Sequence record: NC_014467.1
Source: Escherichia phage RB16
Length of the DNA: 64,000 nucleotides
Strand: one strand, 5' to 3'
The translations under genes were made by a program, and so were the position numbers. Below are positions 1-10,296 of this stretch, piece by piece. Below the pieces are notes generated by a model. That model worked only from the letters and a program-made list of their open reading frames with translations. It was not told where the DNA came from and made no database searches. The first letter of the stretch is position 1. Every line of letters begins with the position of its first letter.

Positions 1-1
1 T

Positions 2-1285
2 TACCGCGCTCGTGATAGCCTTACGATTTTCTGGAAACCAGATAACACATTACTGATTGCGGATCTTATTCAGCAGGAAAGGGAACAACCTTATGTACCG
101 GATTTGTCGCCCGGTTTGATTGATCCTGATTTAAGCCATATGATTACTCGCTTTGCACCACAAAGCTATCTGGATCAGGAATATTTCGAGAAGTTTGGTG
201 AATATTATTTGCAGTTCGTTTCGTTGGGTGAAAACACCTACTATAACAAATTGCTGAACCTTATCAGGAACAAATATCCACGCGAGAAGAACTGTGTTGA
301 ATATTTGTGGTCGGAAGTAAACCGACGCAATATCTATCTGGATAAAACGAAGCGTGATCAAGTTGTGCGATTCTTTGAATCCCGTGCGAGTGATTTTTAC
401 TCCACGAAAGGTATCGAGGCAAGTTATAAATTCCTGTTCAAACTGCTGTACAACGAAGACGTATCCGTAGAAATCGAGAGTTCAAACACTCTGGAATATG
501 ATATACTGGTTTCTTCGACTAACATCAGTCAGGACATTGTAGGGCGCACGATTTATACACCAACAGCAAGAGCAAACGTGACATATATCGAACGTGATTA
601 TGAAGACGGGCAATTGCGATGGTCTATGACTCTGCATAACGTGATCGGTAACTTCCTTGAAGGACAGGTTGTTAAGTCAGAAAAGACTAATTTCACGGGT
701 AGTATTCTGCGTGGTGTTCGTGGTAAGCAAATGGCGAACAACTCGATCGACTATTTCAACCGTGGGCGTTCATACTACGTGATGAAAATCCGTTCAAACC
801 TTCCGGCTTCTCGTTATAAAGATGACGTGTTGCGGTTTGTGCATCCGGTAGGTTTTGGCTTTATCGGGATCACTATGCTGACGGTGTTCATTAACTCCGG
901 TTTGTCGATGACCCATAGTGAAACAATCATTGATATCCTCCGAAACTATCGCTTTGATAGCGGATATCCTAAGTATTGGCCCGATCGTGTTGCACGTCTT
1001 GACGGTAACGGAAACCAGACATTTGACCTTGTAACAGGTGAAGCATTATATGAACCACACCCTAAAGCGGGGCAACCGTTCGATGTTCCACCACAATATG
1101 ACATTGATGAACAACCGTTAAACGGTGTTTTGCCGTCTGCGCGTCGATTCGATCAAAGTCCTCTGTTCGATAGTTCAGCGGTTAAATACTCTCAGTTCCG
1201 TAACTTAGTGGAAAAACGATTGAAAGACGATGCGGGTAATCCTCGTGATCCGAATCCACCGACTCAGAGAAAGGTAGGAAAATAA
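2..1285 (+). CDS. gp7: Baseplate wedge protein gp7-like, C-terminal portion; 5' end lies upstream of the window
   Basis: Frame is open from the first bases of the window; the track ORF at 104 begins on an internal TTG. Assigned by position directly upstream of gp8 (TAATG stop/start overlap at 1283-1287); identity not checked by alignment. Confidence 0.55.
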   Translation, partial: YRARDSLTIFWKPDNTLLIADLIQQEREQPYVPDLSPGLIDPDLSHMITRFAPQSYLDQEYFEKFGEYYLQFVSLGENTYYNKLLNLIRNKYPREKNCVEYLWSEVNRRNIYLDKTKRDQVVRFFESRASDFYSTKGIEASYKFLFKLLYNEDVSVEIESSNTLEYDILVSSTNISQDIVGRTIYTPTARANVTYIERDYEDGQLRWSMTLHNVIGNFLEGQVVKSEKTNFTGSILRGVRGKQMANNSIDYFNRGRSYYVMKIRSNLPASRYKDDVLRFVHPVGFGFIGITMLTVFINSGLSMTHSETIIDILRNYRFDSGYPKYWPDRVARLDGNGNQTFDLVTGEALYEPHPKAGQPFDVPPQYDIDEQPLNGVLPSARRFDQSPLFDSSAVKYSQFRNLVEKRLKDDAGNPRDPNPPTQRKVGK

Positions 1286-2277
1286 TGGCTCAACAAAACA
1301 TCTACCGTGCGGTTGTAACAGGAAAATTCCGCACGGAAAACATGATGAACTTTCGTGATATGATCGGGGATGACCCCGATCACAACTCGATTTATATGTC
1401 AATAGGGAGAACTGAACAATGGGCTGATAACGAATCAGATCCTGAATTCGCTCCCCCGTATCCAAACGATGATACAGATGGTATTGTTGATATGTGGACG
1501 CATATGATCGGGGCGACAAAAGTTCCTGGCGAAATGATTGATGCAATCGTTCCGCGTAAAGATTGGGGCGACACTCGCTATCCAAACCCTAAAATATTCT
1601 ATGTGAATGATATCGTGGTTGTCAACTCCGCACCTTACAACCGTACTGACTACGGGAAAGGATGGATGATTTACCGCGTTGTAGACGTTCCTGATATTGG
1701 TTCTTGTTCTATTTCCAGTATCACAGGTAAAGTCGAATGTGTGCGCATTGGTGGTATCTGGACACCGACCCATGAATCTGTTGAACCTCCACGCGGAGAA
1801 GCAAACGGAATTGATATGGGCGACGGGTACAAGTGGGAATATCTTTATACGATCCCGCCTGATGTCGTTATCAACCGATGCACAAACGAACATATCGTTG
1901 TTCCGTTCCCTGATGAACTGGAAGAAGATCCGGTACGCTGGGGTTATGACAACGTGATCAAATGGTATCCAGATATGTATGATCTGGTGTTCCGTATGAA
2001 AGTTCATTCAATGCGATTCCGTGCGTATATGGATTCTCTATTTTTCCCACAAGCCTCGCTACCTGGCAACCGTGGATTCCGTCAAATCAGCGTGATTGTT
2101 AACCCGCTGTTGAAAAAGGCGCAACCAACAGACCCAGAAGTGAAAGCAACCGGACAATTCTATACAAAGGATCAATTCGAACTGGATTCTGGACAGATGA
2201 TCTATATGGAAAACAGACAACCGATTATTCGATCCCCAGATCAGACCGAAGAAGTCAGTATTATTTTCGAATTCTAA
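1285..2277 (+). CDS. gp8: Baseplate wedge protein gp8
   Basis: 330 aa; long stretches match T4 gp8 as I recall it (IYRAVVT.KFRTE..NF, DMWTHM, RKDWGDTRYP, GDGY.WEYL, PGN.GFRQIS, MIYMENR.PII). Confidence 0.9.
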   Translation: MAQQNIYRAVVTGKFRTENMMNFRDMIGDDPDHNSIYMSIGRTEQWADNESDPEFAPPYPNDDTDGIVDMWTHMIGATKVPGEMIDAIVPRKDWGDTRYPNPKIFYVNDIVVVNSAPYNRTDYGKGWMIYRVVDVPDIGSCSISSITGKVECVRIGGIWTPTHESVEPPRGEANGIDMGDGYKWEYLYTIPPDVVINRCTNEHIVVPFPDELEEDPVRWGYDNVIKWYPDMYDLVFRMKVHSMRFRAYMDSLFFPQASLPGNRGFRQISVIVNPLLKKAQPTDPEVKATGQFYTKDQFELDSGQMIYMENRQPIIRSPDQTEEVSIIFEF

Positions 2278-2287
2278 GGAAACCATA

Positions 2288-3151
2288 ATGGCATATCAAA
2301 CAGGTAAAAAATTAATTGACGTGGGGCAGATCGGCAACCCGTCAACTGGTGACCCGCTGTATGACGGCGGTGTTAAACTTAACGAAATCATCACCAACGT
2401 GTATAATGCGTTCGGTGATGTGCGTTTGCTGACTGCAAATGATGGTGTTGGTACAATGCTGCTTCATGCAACTGGATATTTCCAGAAGTTGCCAAGAACG
2501 TATTATTCAGCAAACCCGATCGAACTGGGTTCATTGCATGATATGGATACAGCAACAGGGCCAATTACGGTTGTTCTTCCGTCTGGTAAGGCTGGCGAAG
2601 GGTGCTATTTCATAAATAGTAACGGTAGTATTTCTGTTGATCGTCCTGTTGTATTTCGTCCTCAAGTTGGCGATAACATCAAAGGGGTTCAGGATCAGCT
2701 TTATATCACTTCTCCTTACACCCAGATTAAATTATGGTGTGTGAAGAAAGAAGGTTCAGTAACCACATGGGATTATTCAGTCGAATCTATGTTCGGATCT
2801 AAAACAATGCCCGTGGATACTACCAAACTAATTTTGAAAGCATCACCGACCGCAATTCCTTTATTCGGTTACAGTGAATTCAGCGGGGCTAAGTTGCTCG
2901 TATATGCTGAAAATATGACAGGTACAGTCAACAAAATGGCTGAACTTCTCCTGTCTGTGGATCGTATCGCAAGGGGCGTATATTCTACGGAATATGCTGT
3001 ACTGAAAAATAGCGATGATGACATGTATTCACTTACTTTCACTGTCGGTGCTGGTGACATTGTATATGCAAACGTCCAATCGGTACTCGAAGATCGAATT
3101 AAGTTCTCGATTAAAGCGGTTGACACCATTAAATCAGGGATCGCAGCATGA
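2288..3151 (+). CDS. gp9: Baseplate wedge protein gp9 (long tail fibre socket)
   Basis: 287 aa against T4 gp9 at 288 aa; recalled motifs KKLID.G.IGN.STGD, YNAFGD, HATGY.QK, ITSPY, SEYAV; correct synteny. Confidence 0.85.
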   Translation: MAYQTGKKLIDVGQIGNPSTGDPLYDGGVKLNEIITNVYNAFGDVRLLTANDGVGTMLLHATGYFQKLPRTYYSANPIELGSLHDMDTATGPITVVLPSGKAGEGCYFINSNGSISVDRPVVFRPQVGDNIKGVQDQLYITSPYTQIKLWCVKKEGSVTTWDYSVESMFGSKTMPVDTTKLILKASPTAIPLFGYSEFSGAKLLVYAENMTGTVNKMAELLLSVDRIARGVYSTEYAVLKNSDDDMYSLTFTVGAGDIVYANVQSVLEDRIKFSIKAVDTIKSGIAA

Positions 3152-4965
3152 AACAAGAAATTATTATTGGTAACGTGGTTGATGATGGCGCTGGCGATTA
3201 CTTACGCCGTGGTGGTCAGAAAACAAACGCTAACTTTACCGAACTATACGAAAAGCTGGGTGATGGGGAGATCCCACACCCAGCGGGTGCATGGAAAACA
3301 CATTCAGCACCGACTCTGAACCCGATTTTCGGTGATTCATGGGCGCTGAATACCAGCAACAACCGTATTACTGTAAACCTCCCTAAAGGCGGCGTAGGCG
3401 ATTATAACAAGGTTATTCGTCTGCGTGACGTATGGAGTAAATGGGCTGTAAACAACGTCCGTATTGTTCCTGCAACTGGTGATACCATCAAAGGATCACC
3501 AACTTACAAAGAACTGTACAAAGATTTCATGGATGTTGAGTTAGTTTATTGTGCGCCTGGTCGTTGGGAATATGTCGAAAACAAACAGGTTGACAAAATC
3601 ACAACTTCCGATCTGGCTACTGTAGCAAAAGAAACATATATTGCTACACAAGGACAGACAGATTTCCCGAATGTGTTTGGCCCTGGTAACTCGTACAACG
3701 TCCGTGCTCTGGAAGTTTACTATCGTGGTAACTTGCTGTACATCGACGACAAAAACGGATTTGTTGAAGCAAACAGCGATTATGGTTCACCTGGTACAAA
3801 CCCTGGAGAATTGATTGACCTTGATGGTACTAACATACGCCTTAAACGTCCGTGTAACGCTGGAGACACGCTTCAATTCGTAACCTATATGGATGGTATA
3901 GCGACATGGCGATCGACGTATGAGGCGCATACTATGCGCGTATACAACACGGGTGATACTGAACTGGTAAGCGTACCTGGTGAAATCTGGGTTGGCAACC
4001 TTGCAACCAAAAAAGAATTTACCACTGCTGAATTCGGGATCAGTTCTCGTGTATTGATTAATCCGAACTCTTTCGAACTGCTGTTGAACGGTCGCCAACT
4101 TGTTAAAGCAGGTGACGCGGATCTTCCTACATTCGTGTGTGAAGGGGCAGAAGGTTATGATGAAGATAGCTGTTTAGCTAACTCCGGTGCGTGGGTTCCT
4201 TCTGGACAGGACTACAGTTTGATCTTTGTTGATTCCATTGTAACAGGTATCAAATTCAGTCAACCTCTTGAAAGTCGCGATGTTGTTACGATCCGTTGGT
4301 TCAATAACGATATCGGAACTGTAATGGAATGGGAAGGTGTTGGCGGTATTAAAGAGCATACCGATAAAATCTATCTGAACAACGAAGAAGAGTTAACCCT
4401 AGTTGGACGGATTGAATATACCGACTATAACAACCCGTCGCAGAAAACGATGCGTAAAATTACGGAACCTTTCAGCGGTCGATTGCTGGATCTGCAAGCG
4501 TTTTTTGATGTGATTCATCCGATCGGGACGATCTACGAAAACGCGCATAACGACGCAAACCCAGGCGAATACATGGGCTTCGGTATCTGGAAACGGTACG
4601 CAGAAGGTCAATTTATCGCTGGTTGGACAACTGATGCAGCAGATAGCGATTTTGGTTTAAACAACAACGATTTGGATGGTTCTGGACAGCCTACACACAC
4701 AGCAGGTGGTTCTGGTGGTGAACGTGGTTATGAAATTCATCCGATCAACGTTCCACAAATTGAATCAACCGATAAAGTTCTGATTAAGGACGACAACGGG
4801 ATCATTATCATTGGTGGCTGTCAGGTTGACCCAGATGCAACAGGGCCAGGATACACTAAATACCGTGAGGATGTATTGAAAGTAAATCAGGGTAACACTA
4901 CCCCAGATAAACTTAAAACGCTCCCTCCGTATATTACTGCACATCGCTGGATAAGGGTAGCATAA
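3148..4965 (+). CDS. gp10: Baseplate wedge protein gp10
   Basis: 605 aa against T4 gp10 at 602 aa; ATGA-type overlap with gp9; position between gp9 and gp11. Confidence 0.8.
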   Translation: MKQEIIIGNVVDDGAGDYLRRGGQKTNANFTELYEKLGDGEIPHPAGAWKTHSAPTLNPIFGDSWALNTSNNRITVNLPKGGVGDYNKVIRLRDVWSKWAVNNVRIVPATGDTIKGSPTYKELYKDFMDVELVYCAPGRWEYVENKQVDKITTSDLATVAKETYIATQGQTDFPNVFGPGNSYNVRALEVYYRGNLLYIDDKNGFVEANSDYGSPGTNPGELIDLDGTNIRLKRPCNAGDTLQFVTYMDGIATWRSTYEAHTMRVYNTGDTELVSVPGEIWVGNLATKKEFTTAEFGISSRVLINPNSFELLLNGRQLVKAGDADLPTFVCEGAEGYDEDSCLANSGAWVPSGQDYSLIFVDSIVTGIKFSQPLESRDVVTIRWFNNDIGTVMEWEGVGGIKEHTDKIYLNNEEELTLVGRIEYTDYNNPSQKTMRKITEPFSGRLLDLQAFFDVIHPIGTIYENAHNDANPGEYMGFGIWKRYAEGQFIAGWTTDAADSDFGLNNNDLDGSGQPTHTAGGSGGERGYEIHPINVPQIESTDKVLIKDDNGIIIIGGCQVDPDATGPGYTKYREDVLKVNQGNTTPDKLKTLPPYITAHRWIRVA

Positions 4966-5627
4966 TGACACAATTTATTTCAAAGACAAGGGAGGGGGCG
5001 AAAGTCCCTTCCCGTGAAGCAGACTTTTTGCAATATGAAATGGGTACTAAAGACCCTCTTATCGGTGGTAAACGTACTATCGGTGGTGCAAACGTCGATC
5101 AGCTTCGTAAAGGGGTAGATTATCCCAACGTGCAATCAGCAATCGATGACCTGTATACTCTGTCTCAACAGATCCCGATCAACGGGGTTATCATGATGAC
5201 AGAAGACAGTCCTCCGACCGCTGTTCAGCAGGTAGAGACTATAACTTTTGATGGTACTGTACAAAACACAGATCCAGACCAGACAAAAGCAACAATTCAT
5301 GTTTATGGATTCCCGTTCGTGTTCGATAACACAACGAACGCATCAACCGTATGCGAAACAGTCTACAACAAGTTTACTGAATTTGTCAATGACGAAAAAT
5401 ATTTCGATCTGGTAACTCGCAAGGGCTTGAACGGTGAAATTCTGGAAGTTCGGTTTATTGATTGTGTTCCGCATCCGGTAACAAATACTACTGAAAACGG
5501 AATATCTATGGTAGGAACAATCGATGTACAGGCACGATCTGGTTACGGTACGTGGTCGAAACTGGGTGAGGTGGATCTTGCTGTAACTCCGGCAGTTCCA
5601 ATTTTCTACTTTAAACGTATTGCGTAA
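4965..5627 (+). CDS. gp11: Baseplate wedge protein gp11 (short tail fibre attachment)
   Basis: 220 aa against T4 gp11 at 219 aa; synteny; start overlaps the gp10 stop. Confidence 0.8.
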   Translation: MTQFISKTREGAKVPSREADFLQYEMGTKDPLIGGKRTIGGANVDQLRKGVDYPNVQSAIDDLYTLSQQIPINGVIMMTEDSPPTAVQQVETITFDGTVQNTDPDQTKATIHVYGFPFVFDNTTNASTVCETVYNKFTEFVNDEKYFDLVTRKGLNGEILEVRFIDCVPHPVTNTTENGISMVGTIDVQARSGYGTWSKLGEVDLAVTPAVPIFYFKRIA

Positions 5628-5636
5628 GGATAACCA

Positions 5637-7028
5637 ATGAGTAACAACACAATTAACCACGTAAGCGATGCGTCCGTTTACGTGACTTTTGATCCGGCAG
5701 GTACGCAATGGCCCTCGACTTTCGTCAACGTACAGCAAGCATTAGCCTCTATAGGCCCGTGGGCGCGTACTGATGTTGGTTTGCCTAACGCGGCTCCTGG
5801 TATGCGTGGTATTGCTGCTATTGCTACCGAGGCGATGATTGACGCAGGGACAGACAACGAAACGATCGTTACTCCTGCATTGCTGGCATATCGTTTACAA
5901 AATCCTCATGCGTCACAAACCGTTTGGGGATATACCAAATACGCAACTGATGCGGAAGCGGTTGATGTCGCAAACGATCTGGTTTCATTAACTCCGCGTT
6001 CGATCAATGTGGTTTTCAATACCAGACACGCATCAGAAACCGTGTGGGGTTCTTCTAAACTGTCAACGACAGCACAGGCAACAGCGGGTACTGATGATAC
6101 AACCTCAATGACACCATTGAAGGTAAAACAAGCAATCTCTGCTCTGGTTCCGGTACAATCCAACGCAACAGAAAGCGCGTTCGGTTTGGTTCAGTTGGCT
6201 ACGGTTTCAGAAGTCCGCGCGGGTACTATTCGCGACGGTTTCGCAATTTCACCGTATACGTTTATTCGTCTGAATGCAACAGAAAGCGATCTGGGTATTG
6301 TTCGCCTAGCAAGTCAGGCAGAAGTAAACGCAGGAACTGATGATACCAAAGCCGTTACCCCGTTAAAACTGGCTAACCTTAAAGGCTCCGGTGGTTCTTT
6401 CGGTTTGGTTAAATTATCAACAGAAGTAAACGCAGGGCTGGCTAACACTGCTCTTTCTGCGGGTGCTAACGTAGTACCGAGCAACCGTGACAGCGCTATC
6501 ACTGGTGGTGCATTGTATCAGGGTTCAGTTGCTGCTGCTAATAAATACCAGACACATAGCGATATCGAAGCATCGTTACCGATTGGCTGTATGATGATGG
6601 CTGCATTTAACTCCGATTACGGAAACCTGTGTATTGCCAACGGTCGCGGGATGTATACATACGAATACCCAGAACTGTTTGCACGTATAGGCTATACGTA
6701 TGGCGGTAGTGGTAACATCTTTAATCTTCCTGATATGCGCGGCGTAGTTGCTCGCGGATTTGATGCGGGACGTGGTTTAGACCCAGGTCGTGGATTTGGT
6801 ACATACCAGCATCACGAAGTACAGTCTCATGAGCATCCATTGCAGATGATCTATCAGTCTGGTGGTAACTTACCATCATGGCAGTGTGTTTATGAACTGC
6901 GTACTGCTGAGAAGAATGACCAGAAATTATACTGGCCTGATCCATCACTCAGTAAAGCAATGGCTGTAGGCGGTAACGAAACGCGAATGAAGAACCTTGC
7001 GGTCAACTATGTAATTCGAGTACGATAA
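5637..7028 (+). CDS. gp12: Short tail fibre protein gp12-like
   Basis: 463 aa; repeated tail-fibre motif (A.TD.G..RLA/LAT..EV.AGTDDT) shared with the gp34-like protein in this window; His-rich C-terminal segment HHEVQSHEH; position between gp11 and wac. Confidence 0.7.
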   Translation: MSNNTINHVSDASVYVTFDPAGTQWPSTFVNVQQALASIGPWARTDVGLPNAAPGMRGIAAIATEAMIDAGTDNETIVTPALLAYRLQNPHASQTVWGYTKYATDAEAVDVANDLVSLTPRSINVVFNTRHASETVWGSSKLSTTAQATAGTDDTTSMTPLKVKQAISALVPVQSNATESAFGLVQLATVSEVRAGTIRDGFAISPYTFIRLNATESDLGIVRLASQAEVNAGTDDTKAVTPLKLANLKGSGGSFGLVKLSTEVNAGLANTALSAGANVVPSNRDSAITGGALYQGSVAAANKYQTHSDIEASLPIGCMMMAAFNSDYGNLCIANGRGMYTYEYPELFARIGYTYGGSGNIFNLPDMRGVVARGFDAGRGLDPGRGFGTYQHHEVQSHEHPLQMIYQSGGNLPSWQCVYELRTAEKNDQKLYWPDPSLSKAMAVGGNETRMKNLAVNYVIRVR

Positions 7029-7040
7029 AGGGGTTAATCC

Positions 7041-9329
7041 ATGATTTCAAAACTTAACCCGTTACCAAAGATCCCGTTTGTTGATGGTGTCCCTTCGGAC
7101 ACCACACAAACCCCGATCAACTGGATAATTAACGGCGAAACTCTCGATGGTGCTAAAACCAAAGTCACTAACGAGGGTTCTTTAAACAGGTGCGGTGTTC
7201 TGGTACAAAAGAACGCGGTGCAATTAGAAACCAACACCATTACACAGACTGCAAAAATCAACGAAGTTATCGATCAGGTTAACCTCATTAGTGAAAACCT
7301 CGCGGCTATTTCTGATGAAAGCGTGATTGACAAACTGGATCAGGTTGTTGCTGATGTAGAAGTGTTGAAAGTTGATATGACTGCGGTTCAAGGTTCTACT
7401 GCAAGCAATACCCTGAAAATCCAGGATCTCGATAAAGAGATCGGGACGTGGGACGCTTCAACAGATCCTAAACACCGTACCATTCGAAAAGATATTATTT
7501 TCCTGAAAGGGGAAATGGGTGCGTACCCTGGGTTTAACGAAAACGGCGACGTAGATCCGACATCAACGGGTTCCGGCATGAAATACAAAATCATGACGAA
7601 CGCGCAAGCGATTTCGATTCATGAAGGACGTATTACGCGCCTTGAAGATGATTGGGCTAACTCAGACGTAGGTCATTTAACTGATGAAGTAACCGATCTG
7701 CGTAACGAAATGGGGCCAAAACATTTAGCGACGTTTGAATCTGTATATGTTCGTCTAAACATTATCGGTACTGAGATCACTGGTATCAATTCCGAACTAA
7801 CCAGCATCAACCAATATATCGGTCGTACTGGCACGGGTGGAACTGGTAGTATTTCTGCGCGTATGACTACAGCAGAATCGAATATCGCAACCCTGCAAAC
7901 ACAGATGAATGATTCTGCTACTGGTGTATTACCTCGCGTAATTTCTTTGGAAAATGCTGTCGGTAACTCTCAGATCCCTGGTAGTATTCGTTACGACATC
8001 AGCGCAATCAAACGTGACATCGGTGATATCAACATGATCGTCGGTGAATCAAGCGATGATGGTCTTCGTGGGGAAATGGCTCAGGTTATGACCGATATCG
8101 GTACTGATTCACAGCCTACGAGCATCAAAGGCCGTTTGCTGAACGTTGAGAACACCCAACGTGACGATCACCAGAAACTGATTGACGTTGAATCTGTTGT
8201 TGGTAATACTTCAAGTGGACTCGTTGCGGCTAATATCGCGATGGGTAAAGCTGTTTACGGTGATGCAACGAGTTCTGATCCATTCCTGAAAGACGGTATT
8301 CAGAAAACAGCGCGTGACAGTAAAGCGGCTATCGGTGTAAACACAACCGGATCGGAAACAGGGATCTATAAACTGATTTCAGATTTGACTGCTCGTGTTG
8401 CTGCACTTGAAAGCGGTACTGGTGGCGAACTTGAACAACGTGTTTCTGATTTGGAAACCAATAAAGCATCGCATCAGGACGTTGCAAACGCATTGGTTCC
8501 GTATATTACCGAAGCGGAAGCAGATGTTAAGTACGAACCGAAGAAAATTCCGTTATCGTTTACGCAAAACCTTGTTAGGCGTGGCGATTATATCGAAGGT
8601 GATGACATTTCTTTCATGGTTACGGTAACAGGTGGTAAACTGCCTTATGTCTACCAGTGGAAGAAAGGAACCGCTGATGTAGGTACTAACGCATCGAGCA
8701 TTCTGATCCAAAGCATTACCTCTGCCGACGCTGGCGTGTATAAAGTTGTTGTTACCGATGCAGACAACACCGTAATTACTTCTGACGAAGTGACGGTTGC
8801 TGTTTATCCGGTTCCTCAGTTTGATACTAACCTGGCTGACAAATCGGTGGTTGACGGTGATCCTCTGACTCTGGAAGTTGTATACAGCGGTGGTAAACCT
8901 CCGTACACTTACGAATGGTTCAAAGATAACTCTGTTATCTCTGGGGAAACATCAGCAACATTTACCAAATCTGCTGTTACAAGCGCTGATGCTGGTGAAT
9001 ACTATGTTTCTGTAACTGACGCAATGAACAACCAAAACGATTCAGTGAAAGCAACCGTGACTGTAACACCTCGTCCGGCTCTTGCATTCACTACGGATCT
9101 GAGTGCTACTAAATCATACAGCACAGGTGCTAACATGGATCTTGCTGTTGTCGTGACTGGTGGTAAAACACCATATACGTATAAATGGTTTAAAGACACT
9201 GCGGAAATTTCCGGTCAGACAGGCGCAAGCCTTACCACTGTAGCAGAAGATGGGGTGTATAAAGTCGAAGTGACGGATGCACTAACGACTAAAATAACAT
9301 CAACTGAATGCACGGTAACTGTGGCATAA
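7041..9329 (+). CDS. wac: Fibritin (wac) homolog with a C-terminal extension of three Ig-like repeats
   Basis: N-terminus LP.IPFVDG...INWIINGE resembles the T4 fibritin N-terminus; long coiled-coil-like middle; three ~90-aa repeats GGK(L/P)PY.Y.W(K/F)K...Y.V.VTDA at the C-terminus. Confidence 0.75.
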   Translation: MISKLNPLPKIPFVDGVPSDTTQTPINWIINGETLDGAKTKVTNEGSLNRCGVLVQKNAVQLETNTITQTAKINEVIDQVNLISENLAAISDESVIDKLDQVVADVEVLKVDMTAVQGSTASNTLKIQDLDKEIGTWDASTDPKHRTIRKDIIFLKGEMGAYPGFNENGDVDPTSTGSGMKYKIMTNAQAISIHEGRITRLEDDWANSDVGHLTDEVTDLRNEMGPKHLATFESVYVRLNIIGTEITGINSELTSINQYIGRTGTGGTGSISARMTTAESNIATLQTQMNDSATGVLPRVISLENAVGNSQIPGSIRYDISAIKRDIGDINMIVGESSDDGLRGEMAQVMTDIGTDSQPTSIKGRLLNVENTQRDDHQKLIDVESVVGNTSSGLVAANIAMGKAVYGDATSSDPFLKDGIQKTARDSKAAIGVNTTGSETGIYKLISDLTARVAALESGTGGELEQRVSDLETNKASHQDVANALVPYITEAEADVKYEPKKIPLSFTQNLVRRGDYIEGDDISFMVTVTGGKLPYVYQWKKGTADVGTNASSILIQSITSADAGVYKVVVTDADNTVITSDEVTVAVYPVPQFDTNLADKSVVDGDPLTLEVVYSGGKPPYTYEWFKDNSVISGETSATFTKSAVTSADAGEYYVSVTDAMNNQNDSVKATVTVTPRPALAFTTDLSATKSYSTGANMDLAVVVTGGKTPYTYKWFKDTAEISGQTGASLTTVAEDGVYKVEVTDALTTKITSTECTVTVA

Positions 9330-9333
9330 TTTA

Positions 9334-9355
9334 ACAAGGGGCGCAAGCCCCTTTT
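9334..9355 (+). terminator. Hairpin plus T-run after wac
   Basis: aaggggcgcaagcccctttt directly after the wac stop. Confidence 0.55.
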
Positions 9356-9364
9356 GAGGATCAT

Positions 9365-10288
9365 ATGATTACGAACAATCCTGAACAATTGAAGGATGAA
9401 ATTCTTCGTCGTCTGGGCGCACCAATCATCAAAATCGAAATCACACAAGACCAGATTTACGATTGCATTCAACGCGCACTGGATCTGTATGCGGAATATC
9501 ACTACAACGGAACAAACAAAAGTTACATTATCCTTACGTTAGGCGAAGACAACCCGCGAAACGTATTTGATTTGAGTAAAGAACATATTTTCGCGGTTAC
9601 AAAAGTATTGCGTACAAATATCGGTTCATTGGTTTCTATGGACGGTACAGCGGTTTATCCGTGGTTTACTGATTTCCTGATGGGGCTTACTGGTGGTTCT
9701 CTGGGCGGTCGCTGTGCATCAAGCGTGTACGGTATGAATGCATATGGCGCGGATCTGGGGTATTTTACACAGATGATGTCATATCAACGTTCAATGCAAG
9801 AGTTGCTGGCTCCATTACCTGATTACTGGTACAACGACGACACTGGTCAGTTTTGTGTATGGGGTAAAGTCAACAACGGTGATATTATTGTCATTGAAGT
9901 GATGGTAAGATCCTTTGTCGATGTTCCTAGTGCCGTAGGAAGCGTTGCAGGATACGCTACAGCGGGTTCTAACGCAGTAGAAGACCAATCCATAGCCGAC
10001 ATCTACGATAACCCGTATAACGCGGTTGTGGGCGGTGTACGAGCGGGACAGGGTACAACTGTTACTGGTGGAACCTCTGCATATAACAACCGTTGGGTAA
10101 AAGACTACTCAACCGCGCTGGTAAAAGAAATCAACGGGCAAATTCTGGCTAAGTTTCAGGGTATGCAATTGCCTGGTGGTGTTGCTCCAGATGGAACACG
10201 ACTGATTCAGGAAGCGGAAACCAAATTACAAGGATTGCGCGACGAACTGATTTCTATGTCTGACGCAGTTCCTATTATTATGGTGTAG
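9365..10288 (+). CDS. gp13: Neck protein gp13
   Basis: 307 aa against T4 gp13 at 309 aa; synteny between wac and gp14. Confidence 0.7.
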   Translation: MITNNPEQLKDEILRRLGAPIIKIEITQDQIYDCIQRALDLYAEYHYNGTNKSYIILTLGEDNPRNVFDLSKEHIFAVTKVLRTNIGSLVSMDGTAVYPWFTDFLMGLTGGSLGGRCASSVYGMNAYGADLGYFTQMMSYQRSMQELLAPLPDYWYNDDTGQFCVWGKVNNGDIIVIEVMVRSFVDVPSAVGSVAGYATAGSNAVEDQSIADIYDNPYNAVVGGVRAGQGTTVTGGTSAYNNRWVKDYSTALVKEINGQILAKFQGMQLPGGVAPDGTRLIQEAETKLQGLRDELISMSDAVPIIMV

Positions 10289-10296
10289 GGGGAATA

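Noticed and set aside
104-106. Track start codon of the first ORF
   Set aside because: The frame is open back to the start of the window, and the codon at 104 is an internal TTG; the gene is 5'-truncated by the window edge.
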